A stretch of 64,000 bases of DNA from an uncultured Alphaproteobacteria bacterium (GTDB taxonomy: Bacteria; Pseudomonadota; Alphaproteobacteria; HIMB59; GCA-002718135), in contig CACLAN010000001.1 in the NCBI GenBank assembly GCA_902604905.1, forward strand, positions 75,118 through 139,117, given 5' to 3'. Below the pieces are notes generated by a model. That model was not told the DNA's origin. It made no database searches and worked only from the letters and a program-made list of their open reading frames with translations. The position numbers were made by a program, and so were the translations under genes. Positions 1 to 7,625 of this stretch are shown piece after piece. Each line of letters opens with the position of its first letter. The stretch's first letter is position 1.

Positions 1-131
1 TCCTCAATCCTATGATTGTTCCAAAGCCCATCAGAGTCTCTGAATGTTTCAATTCCAGATTCTTTACTTATACCAGCACCCGTTAATACAAAGATCTGGG
101 AATTAGCTGAAATCTGCTGTATTTGTTCCAT
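1..131 (-). CDS. cobB: NAD-dependent protein deacylase (Sir2/CobB family), N-terminal fragment running off the window
   Basis: My reverse-strand translation from the ATG at 129-131 gives [43 protein letters not shown]. This carries the sirtuin GAGIS-x-ESGI-x-FR...GLW NAD-binding signature. It is absent from the ORF track because fewer than 60 aa lie in the window. Confidence 0.7.
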   Translation of the reverse strand, partial: MEQIQQISANSQIFVLTGAGISKESGIETFRDSDGLWNNHRIE

Positions 132-260
132 TTCGTATACTATATACAGTATTTTATTACACGTGAAAATCTATATCTAGTTTATAATATTATAATATGT
201 ATTAATTAATATGTGTAATATACTGATTTATAATTATTTTCTTTATTACTTGACTATTAT

Positions 261-284
261 TTACGATAACTGTAATTATCGTAA
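261..284. promoter_or_regulatory. Perfect inverted repeat TTACGATAA-N6-TTATCGTAA immediately upstream of the integrase start
   Basis: Read directly: ttacgataa ctgtaa ttatcgtaa at 261-284, ending 8 nt before the ATG at 293. Could be an operator or a recombinase-binding site. No functional evidence. Confidence 0.3.
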
Positions 285-292
285 TATATAAT

Positions 293-1351
293 ATGGTTAA
301 AATATCACTAAATGATAACGTAAATAAATTAAAAGAAAAATCTAAAGCAAAAAATACTCAAAATAAATACAATGGAGATTGGCTTAGATTTATCGACTAT
401 TGCAAAAAAAAGTACAATTGCGGTCCATTAGATGTTGATGATTTAGAAAGTGCATATGCTTTAACTGCTAATTATATGGATTGGCTTCATGAAGATCCAG
501 AGGCAAAAATATTGAAAGGAACAAGTAATATTCCAGGAAGAGAAAAGTTAAATAATAACCCCTACTCTTCATCTGCATATAAAGCTTCAACTATACAAAG
601 AATTTTAGCCTCTATCACTTACAAATATAGAGTTAATGGTTTTCAGTTTGATAGAAAAAATCCAAACATATCAGAAACGATAAGTGCAATTGTAAGAGAT
701 GAAAAAAATAACAAATCTGGTCAAGCAAAGGAGCTTCTAAAAGCCGATATCGAAAAAATAATTAATAAAATTCCAAATAATAATAATGATTTTAGAAACA
801 TAAGAGATAAAGCGCTAATATTAATTGGTTTTTATAGTTTTTGCAGAAGATCAGAGTTGTTAGGCATGAAATATGAACATTTGAATTTTGAAGATGATGG
901 AGTTCAGGTTTTAATTCCCTTTTCTAAAACTGATCAAAAAGGTGAAGGGAGAATGATCTATTTACCTAAAAATAACTCACCTTATTGTCCCGTAACCGCG
1001 TTAAAGAAATGGTTAGAGGTGGCATTAATTGATTCAGGTCCACTCTTTTATAAAATTAACAAAGCTAACAATATAGAAAAATATATTCTTAATAATAAAA
1101 ATCAAAAAGTAAGTTTAACTGATACAAGTTTTGTTTTAATTTTAAAGAAAAGAGCTGAGGAAGCAGGCATAGAAAATTGTGATAAAATTTCTGGTCATAG
1201 CCTAAGAATAGGTTCAATTACTCAGGCTAGAATGAATGGAGTACCCACTCATGAAATTATGGCTCAAAGTGGTCATAAGACAACACAAATGATAGATAGA
1301 TATACAAAGCTAACAAATATTAAAGAAACAAGTGCAGCAAAAAAATTATAA
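293..1351 (+). CDS. Tyrosine recombinase / phage-type integrase
   Basis: 352-aa ORF. The C-terminal catalytic region matches the tyrosine recombinase pattern: FCRRSELLGMKYEHL (Arg I), GHSLRIGSITQ (H-x-x-R) and GHKTTQMIDRYTK (His...Tyr nucleophile). Confidence 0.85.
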   Translation: MVKISLNDNVNKLKEKSKAKNTQNKYNGDWLRFIDYCKKKYNCGPLDVDDLESAYALTANYMDWLHEDPEAKILKGTSNIPGREKLNNNPYSSSAYKASTIQRILASITYKYRVNGFQFDRKNPNISETISAIVRDEKNNKSGQAKELLKADIEKIINKIPNNNNDFRNIRDKALILIGFYSFCRRSELLGMKYEHLNFEDDGVQVLIPFSKTDQKGEGRMIYLPKNNSPYCPVTALKKWLEVALIDSGPLFYKINKANNIEKYILNNKNQKVSLTDTSFVLILKKRAEEAGIENCDKISGHSLRIGSITQARMNGVPTHEIMAQSGHKTTQMIDRYTKLTNIKETSAAKKL

Positions 1352-1352
1352 A

Positions 1353-1778
1353 CTAATAAAATGCAATTGCTGCTGCAATTAAAACTATTACTAGCAGCCC
1401 TCTTCCGCTCATCGTTGCTATCTTCATGATAGTTTTATTTGGTGGTAATTTATTTTTAGAAGAATTAAAAACATGAAAATTTACAAAGGCAGATAGGCCT
1501 AAAAGAAAACCTGCTGCAATTATTTTGATTGTAAATGCACTATTAATAATAAAGCCTCCATATAAATTAATTGAAAGAATAATTCCTGATATCCATAAGA
1601 TAATAAGAGATATTAAACCAATGTAACCAAGTAATTTTAATATCTTTGCTGTAGTCAAGTCGGGAATTTGATTTGCCTTTGTATAAACAGATTGTATTAC
1701 ACCACCACCAACCAAAACACCGCCTGAGAAAACTATTGCTAGGTAATGAATGAATTTTAATATAACTATTATTGTCAT
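1353..1778 (-). CDS. Hypothetical integral membrane protein (about 4 TM)
   Basis: 141-aa ORF made almost entirely of hydrophobic helices. No motif I recognise. Confidence 0.5.
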   Translation of the reverse strand: MTIIVILKFIHYLAIVFSGGVLVGGGVIQSVYTKANQIPDLTTAKILKLLGYIGLISLIILWISGIILSINLYGGFIINSAFTIKIIAAGFLLGLSAFVNFHVFNSSKNKLPPNKTIMKIATMSGRGLLVIVLIAAAIAFY

Positions 1779-1825
1779 TAAAATTTAATATTAAATTATT
1801 ATTTTATATTATTATAGTTAATTAT

Positions 1826-2365
1826 ATGAAAATAAAAAAAGGAGATAAATTAGAAGAAATTACTCTACCCAGACATGATGGCAATCAATTTAATTTATCA
1901 GATACTAAAGGAAAAAAAGTTTTATTGACTTTTTATAGGGTTGCTGGATGCACTTTTTGTAATTTAAGACTACTTGAGTTTAATAAAAGATTTAATGAAT
2001 TTGGTCCAAATTTTACTCACGTAGGAATTTTTCATTCAAATGTTAATCTTTTGAAATCAAATATGAAGAAGCACGGCCCTATTCCATTTACAGTTTTAGC
2101 TGATGAAGAATTTAAATATTTTCAAAAGTATTCAATAGAGCGAAGTTGGTTTAAGTTATTTTTAGCAGGAATTTATAAAACATTTGCAATCTTTCCGGCC
2201 TTAATAAGAGGATTTATGCCTATTCCTCTTGGGGGATATTTTAATACTGCAGTAACAGATATAATGATTAATGAAGAAGGTATAGTAGAAGAAGTTTTGT
2301 ATGCAAAAAAACATGCCGCTGATCATTTTGCATTTAATAAAGTAAAGGAATTTTCATTAAGTTGA
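1826..2365 (+). CDS. Thioredoxin-fold redoxin (AhpC/TSA-like, single C-x-x-C)
   Basis: GKKVLLTFYRVAGCTFCNLRLLEF is the typical redoxin/peroxiredoxin-like active-site strand-helix. The track ORF starts at 1772, but that start overlaps the divergent gene. MKIKKGDKLEEITLP at 1826 is the more plausible start. Confidence 0.65.
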   Translation: MKIKKGDKLEEITLPRHDGNQFNLSDTKGKKVLLTFYRVAGCTFCNLRLLEFNKRFNEFGPNFTHVGIFHSNVNLLKSNMKKHGPIPFTVLADEEFKYFQKYSIERSWFKLFLAGIYKTFAIFPALIRGFMPIPLGGYFNTAVTDIMINEEGIVEEVLYAKKHAADHFAFNKVKEFSLS

Positions 2366-2370
2366 TAAAA

Positions 2371-2390
2371 GCTGGGAAATTAATCCCAGC
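2371..2390. terminator. Hairpin between convergent genes (putative bidirectional intrinsic terminator)
   Basis: GCTGGGA-aattaa-TCCCAGC is a 7-bp perfect stem. It starts 6 nt after the stop at 2365 and ends 7 nt before the stop of the minus-strand gene at 2397. Flanks are A/T-rich (TTTTATC on the minus strand). Confidence 0.5.
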
Positions 2391-2396
2391 ATTTAG

Positions 2397-2807
2397 TTAC
2401 ATATAAATTATATCTGACATATTATATAAAAGATATATTGCTATAAATAAAAACACATGCCCTATTACTTCATCAGCAACATCACTTTTTGCATCAGGGT
2501 CTATAAATTTTAATCTTTGTGCCCAACTTAAAATAACTTGAGCAAAAGAAAGTAAAAATCCGTTTACAAAAAATATCCAGCAAGATTGAGGTCCATTTTC
2601 TCTAAATAATATCCAAATTCCAATTATTACTATTGGCACAATAAATGTTCCTATGATTCTTACAATTGGCAAAGCCTTTTCTCCTAAATCATATCTTGTA
2701 ACAAGTGAATTTGGTGAAAATACAGTCAGGAAACCATAATAAGATATTCCTAATAAATTAATTAAAAATAAAATTAGATTTAAAGTACCTCCAAAATTTT
2801 CAACCAT
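2397..2807 (-). CDS. Small 4-TM membrane protein, paralog A of a tandem pair
   Basis: 136 aa. N-terminus MVENFGGTLNLILFLINL and C-terminus SDIIYM parallel the neighbouring ORF. Confidence 0.55.
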   Translation of the reverse strand: MVENFGGTLNLILFLINLLGISYYGFLTVFSPNSLVTRYDLGEKALPIVRIIGTFIVPIVIIGIWILFRENGPQSCWIFFVNGFLLSFAQVILSWAQRLKFIDPDAKSDVADEVIGHVFLFIAIYLLYNMSDIIYM

Positions 2808-2827
2808 AATTACTCCTTTTAAAATTA

Positions 2828-3244
2828 TTATAGATAAATTTTATCAGATAAACCATAAATTATAATTAAGTTTAATACTAGAACTACTGCTGATACAATT
2901 GGCTGTTCTATTGTCGAATTAACCTTATCTCTTCCAAAAAGGAAAGCTATTTTAAAATGAAAACAAAAATTGTAGACAGTTGCCATTGCAAAGACAATAA
3001 CATTAATAATAAAGAAAGGCCAAGTACCTTCGGGTCCAGTAAATAAAATATAAAGACCAACAAAGAAAAAAGCAGTAACCCAAAAAATTCCAAAATTAGC
3101 AGCTGGTGCAGCACTTGAGTCAGTGTTATATTTTGCAAATTCTTTTTCTTTATTAAATAAAAAAGTAAATGAGTAATAACCTGCTAAAGCAATATTAATT
3201 ATGTATAAAATCAAATAAAAAATTCCATTAAAACTTTCAACCAT
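2828..3244 (-). CDS. Small 4-TM membrane protein, paralog B of a tandem pair
   Basis: 138 aa. MVESFNGIFYLILYIINI ... SDKIYL has the same length and architecture as 2397-2807. Confidence 0.55.
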   Translation of the reverse strand: MVESFNGIFYLILYIINIALAGYYSFTFLFNKEKEFAKYNTDSSAAPAANFGIFWVTAFFFVGLYILFTGPEGTWPFFIINVIVFAMATVYNFCFHFKIAFLFGRDKVNSTIEQPIVSAVVLVLNLIIIYGLSDKIYL

Positions 3245-3358
3245 AAAAGCCTCCTATAAAAGTTATTATATATTTATATATTTGTTTTTTAAGATTCTGT
3301 GATAATAGTTACCATATTTGGCTGGTATTTTAAAAAAAATTTAGTTAAAAAAAAATAT

Positions 3359-5173
3359 ATGAATTCTGAAAGAAAATTAGCAACCATTCTTGCTACCGAC
3401 TGTGTTAATTTTAGTAAACATATGGAAGAGAACGAAGAACTTACACTCACCAACCTAAATGAATGCAGAAAAATAATTGATGATGTTATAGCTGAATTTG
3501 GAGGTAAAATTTTTTCAACTGCTGGTGACTCTGTTGTTGCTGAATTCCCAAGTCCTGTACAGTGCGTTAAAGCTGCTATTAAATTCCAGGATAAAATATA
3601 TGAAAGAAATGAGCATTCATTAACTAAGTTACAATTAAACTGGAGAGTTGGTATTCATGTAGATGATGTAATTGTAGAAAATAACAATATTATGGGCTCA
3701 GGTGTCAATGTAGCTGCAAGACTAGAAAGTAAAAGTGAGCCAGGTAAAATTCTTGTTTCAAAAATTGTCAAAGATCAAGTTGATAAAAGAATTGATTATT
3801 CAATAGAAGCTGATGGTACAAGAAAACTAAAAAATATAAGCGATGAGTTCGAGGTTTTCCAAGTAAAAGGTTTAAATATTGATGAAGATGATTTCTTCTA
3901 TGAAGAAATTAATGAGGAAAGCAATGAAGATGAAAATAATAAAAAAGATGATAATGTAATTATTTCACGAAATTCTTCACATCCAAAAATAGCAATACTG
4001 ACATTTAAGAATGTAAGTAAAAATGATGACAGTGAATTTTTGGTAGAAGCTATTACAGGTGATTTAATTATAGAGTTTTCCAGAATGAAAGAATTTGATG
4101 TTGTATCGAAAAAAACATGTGACGATCATGATAAAAGTAATGAAGACGCACTTACATTTGCAAAAAAACATAAAATAGATTTTTTAGTTGGCGGAAATAT
4201 TAGATCAGCTGGTAATAGATTAAGAGTAGCAGTGGATTTAACTAATGCAAAAGATGGTTCCATTATATGGGGAGATAGATATGATAGAGTTCTTGAAGAC
4301 ATTTTTGATATTCAAGATGAAATTGTACAAAAAATATCAAAAGAATTATTAGGTAATATAGAAATTACAAATTTACAAAATATAAAAAGAAAACCTACTG
4401 ATAATTTAAATTCATATGAAAATTTAGTTATTGGAAGATATCACTGGCTCAGACAATCATCAGCAAAAGAACATAATGATAAAGCTTTATTTCACTTTGA
4501 TAAAGCTCTCGAACAAGATGAAACGAATGCAAGAGCGCACTCACTTAAAGCTTGTACAATTGGTGGTGGCCTAGGTAAACAATATTATGAAGATAATGAT
4601 AAAATGATGAAAATGATTTTTCATCATATTGAGAAAAGCTTAGAGCATGATGAGAACGATTATGAAGTAAGAAGAATTAGCTCAGCCATTTCCTTAATGC
4701 AAAAAAAATATGAAGAATCAGAAGAACACGGAAAAATTGCATACTCTATGAATCCAAATGATCCAAGAGTTCTTGCAGTTTATGGCGAAATATTAGTAAG
4801 AAATAAAAAAATTGATCAAGGTTTAGAATTACTTCATAAAGCGCTTGAATTAGATCCTATACCTGCTGGTCAAAAAACATCAGATAATAGATATAGAGAT
4901 CTTGTATTAGGATATTTTTGTAAAAAAGATTATGATGTTTGCATAACTCAAGCTAAAAAAATTAAAGAGTTGGAGCCGCGATCTTGGGTATTCCTCTTAT
5001 TTTCATTAAAAGAAAAAGATAATGCAATTAATTTAAAAGAAAATGAATATTTTATTAACAAATATGATGACTATTCAAAACTAGATTGGAAAGAGACAAT
5101 TAAAGGTTTTCACCTACCAGATGAAGAAATGAATAAAAATTTAGAAAATTTTACAACTCAAGTTATTAATTAA
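3359..5173 (+). CDS. Class III nucleotidyl cyclase domain fused to a TolB-like/TPR C-terminal region
   Basis: Cyclase homology domain: LATILATDCVNFS (metal Asp), STAGDSVVAEF (second metal Asp), GSGVNVAARLES (Asn/Arg transition-state motif). An acidic linker follows, then PKIAILTFKNVS...DFLVGGNIR (TolB-like) and TPR-like repeats. The track start at 3299 is GTG; the ATG at 3359 (MNSERKLATIL) is preferred. Confidence 0.8.
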   Translation: MNSERKLATILATDCVNFSKHMEENEELTLTNLNECRKIIDDVIAEFGGKIFSTAGDSVVAEFPSPVQCVKAAIKFQDKIYERNEHSLTKLQLNWRVGIHVDDVIVENNNIMGSGVNVAARLESKSEPGKILVSKIVKDQVDKRIDYSIEADGTRKLKNISDEFEVFQVKGLNIDEDDFFYEEINEESNEDENNKKDDNVIISRNSSHPKIAILTFKNVSKNDDSEFLVEAITGDLIIEFSRMKEFDVVSKKTCDDHDKSNEDALTFAKKHKIDFLVGGNIRSAGNRLRVAVDLTNAKDGSIIWGDRYDRVLEDIFDIQDEIVQKISKELLGNIEITNLQNIKRKPTDNLNSYENLVIGRYHWLRQSSAKEHNDKALFHFDKALEQDETNARAHSLKACTIGGGLGKQYYEDNDKMMKMIFHHIEKSLEHDENDYEVRRISSAISLMQKKYEESEEHGKIAYSMNPNDPRVLAVYGEILVRNKKIDQGLELLHKALELDPIPAGQKTSDNRYRDLVLGYFCKKDYDVCITQAKKIKELEPRSWVFLLFSLKEKDNAINLKENEYFINKYDDYSKLDWKETIKGFHLPDEEMNKNLENFTTQVIN

Positions 5174-5910
5174 TCTTTATTTTTTCTATCTGTAAAAGCA
5201 CTTGCTAATATACCTGCTGGTAAAGCAACTGCTCCAATTCCAAACAATGCAGTGCATACTGCTGCAAACCTACCTAAAAACGTAATAGGCGTATAATCAC
5301 CATAACCAGTGGACAATAAAGCAGCAGAACTAACCCAAAGAGATCTTGGGATCGAACCAAAAGCTTCTGGTTGCAAATCCCCTTCTACAACATAAAGTAA
5401 AGTTGCAGATAATAACATTAAACTTAGAGTAAGTAGTAATGAAAAAATTAATTCGTGTCTTCTGTCATATATCGCATGAAGTATAAAATCTACTGACTCA
5501 CTAAAACGGCCAAAACGAAGAATGCTAAATATTCTTATAGCTCTTAACAACCGTACTAAGAAACCTTCATTGATACCAATTAAAAATAATGGAATAAGTG
5601 CAATTGCATCAATTAGAGCTGGTACTGTAAAAATATACTTTATCCTACCTTTAAATCCTTTAAATTTATCAATTTGATCTACAGCAATTAATCTGCAAAT
5701 ATATTCAATTAGAAATACTATACCAAAAAAAATTTTTGTTGAGTCAAAGAGTTGATGATATTGTTCATAAATTAGTTTTTCTGACTCAATAACAACAAAA
5801 ACGCAGTTCAATACAATAAGAAAGAATATAATTTTTTCAATTAATGTAAAATCCTTCTCTTCTAGACCAAAATGTAAGTGTTCGAATAAATACTTTGAAA
5901 ATGAATTCAT
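5170..5910 (-). CDS. Voltage-gated-type K+ channel (6-TM, Kv-like)
   Basis: K+ selectivity filter STGYGDYTP. S4-like helix VRLLRAIRIFSILRFGRF has Arg at about every third residue. Six hydrophobic segments. Confidence 0.85.
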   Translation of the reverse strand: MNSFSKYLFEHLHFGLEEKDFTLIEKIIFFLIVLNCVFVVIESEKLIYEQYHQLFDSTKIFFGIVFLIEYICRLIAVDQIDKFKGFKGRIKYIFTVPALIDAIALIPLFLIGINEGFLVRLLRAIRIFSILRFGRFSESVDFILHAIYDRRHELIFSLLLTLSLMLLSATLLYVVEGDLQPEAFGSIPRSLWVSSAALLSTGYGDYTPITFLGRFAAVCTALFGIGAVALPAGILASAFTDRKNKD

Positions 5911-5944
5911 TTTTATATAAATTCTTTATAGTAAAAATTACAAA

Positions 5945-7615
5945 ATGAAAATTAACATTTTTTACCTTCTATCTAAGATAAGCATAATTTTAATATCCTT
6001 GTTATGTATCTTATCTATTCTGCTATTTTATAATAGTGCAGTTACTTTAAATTCTTTATATATACTTATTTCTCTATTGATTATTGGTTCTGTATTACAG
6101 CTGAACAAATTAAAGAAATTTACTCGAGTATTATTTACTATCATTATACTTCCTATTCTATCATACCTAATGGTGAATTTTTCTTATGATATAGTTACAC
6201 AAAAGGAATTTTTTTTAATTAATCAATCTATCAGTAACCTTATAGATAAAATCTTACTAATAACTTTATATTTTATTCCATCAATATTTATAATGATGTT
6301 TTATAAATATGAAGTATTGTCACTAAACCAGAAATCAGGAACAACAATACCTGAAATAATAACATTTCTTTTTCAGTTTTTATTATTTGCAATACCATCA
6401 TTTTTAGTTTTATCGTTTGTTTTCAATTTAGAACTTACAAGTATACTTGCTGCTGGTGGAATAGTTTTTGCGGCCATTGCTCTTTCTCTGCAGTCAAGTC
6501 TATCAGATTTAATTAAAGGAATTTTTGTAAATATTGAGAGGCCATTTGCTATTAATGATTGGATAACTGTTGATGATAAAACAGGTTATGTAGAAAATAT
6601 TACCTGGAGAAGTACAAGGATAAGGACATTTCAGAATACTGAAGTAATCATTCCAAATGAAATAGTTGCAGATTCAATTTTAACTAATTGGAGTAAACAA
6701 GATAAAGAGAAAATGAGTGAAGGGTTCCATATTTTTAATAAACTATATTTTCATCCTTCTCATGATCCAGAAAATATTTCAAAGCTACTTTATAATGCAC
6801 TTAAAAAAGCTAAGCCAGTTGATGGAAGAGAGCAATTAAATTTACAGTGGGTTCGCTTTATTGGAGCTAATGAATTTGGATTAGAGTTTGTTGTTGCTTT
6901 TGATTGTACAAAAAGAATTTTAAAAAATTCGATGCAAGATAGTGTTATGATGGAAATACATAAAACTTTAAGACATGCAGGAGTTCAGATGTCTGCTGGA
7001 AAACTTTATGGGAAACTTGAAGAAGATACAGGATTGCATGCTCTTGATACACATAGAAGTAGAGAAGATTTTGAAAAAAGGAAAGTTAGCGAATTTAATC
7101 CTTATAATGAATCAGTAAAAAATAGAGTTCTACTTCAAAAAATTCCTATTTTTATGTCTTTAAATTCTGAAGATTTAGATGAAATTGCTGAAAATGCAGT
7201 AAGGCTCCATTTTGAAAAAGATGATTACATTATTAAGCAAAATGACTCTGGAGATTCTCTTTATGTTATAAATGATGGGGTAGTATCTGTTTATTTAGAT
7301 AATGAAAATAAAGAGAAAGTATTTTTAGCCAAACTTGGTGTTGGAGATTTTGTTGGTGAAGGTAGTCTTCTTACTGGAGAACCAAGATCTGCCAATGTGA
7401 TAGCTGAAACGCCTTGTATCGTTATAAAAGTAAGCAAAGATATTATTAAAGATATTTTTTCTAAAAATCCTGACGTGTATGACTATGTGGCAAATATTTT
7501 AGCTCAAAGAAAATTAAAACTTGATAAGAAAAAAAGTGAAAGTCAGGAATATAAAGATGAAAGTAAAAATCTTGTTAATGATATTAAGAATGCAATAATA
7601 AATTTTTTAAAATAG
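5945..7615 (+). CDS. MscS-family mechanosensitive channel fused to a C-terminal cyclic-nucleotide-binding domain (bCNG-type)
   Basis: MscS core: IKGIFVNIERPFAINDWITVDDKTGYVENITWRSTRIRTFQNTEVIIPNEIVADSILTNWS. cNMP-binding domain: IPIFMSLNSEDLDEIA...FVGEGSLLTGEPRSANVIAETPC. Confidence 0.85.
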   Translation: MKINIFYLLSKISIILISLLCILSILLFYNSAVTLNSLYILISLLIIGSVLQLNKLKKFTRVLFTIIILPILSYLMVNFSYDIVTQKEFFLINQSISNLIDKILLITLYFIPSIFIMMFYKYEVLSLNQKSGTTIPEIITFLFQFLLFAIPSFLVLSFVFNLELTSILAAGGIVFAAIALSLQSSLSDLIKGIFVNIERPFAINDWITVDDKTGYVENITWRSTRIRTFQNTEVIIPNEIVADSILTNWSKQDKEKMSEGFHIFNKLYFHPSHDPENISKLLYNALKKAKPVDGREQLNLQWVRFIGANEFGLEFVVAFDCTKRILKNSMQDSVMMEIHKTLRHAGVQMSAGKLYGKLEEDTGLHALDTHRSREDFEKRKVSEFNPYNESVKNRVLLQKIPIFMSLNSEDLDEIAENAVRLHFEKDDYIIKQNDSGDSLYVINDGVVSVYLDNENKEKVFLAKLGVGDFVGEGSLLTGEPRSANVIAETPCIVIKVSKDIIKDIFSKNPDVYDYVANILAQRKLKLDKKKSESQEYKDESKNLVNDIKNAIINFLK

Positions 7616-7625
7616 AATAATCCCC

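Noticed and set aside
132-260. Several short AT-rich palindromes between cobB and the integrase were considered as att or recombination sites (TATTAATTAATA, ATACT-N6-AGTAT, CACGTG core).
   Set aside because: They are composed almost entirely of A/T or are very short, so they are expected by chance at this base composition. No matching second copy was found by eye elsewhere in the window. Only the 9-bp-arm repeat at 261-284 was retained, at low confidence.
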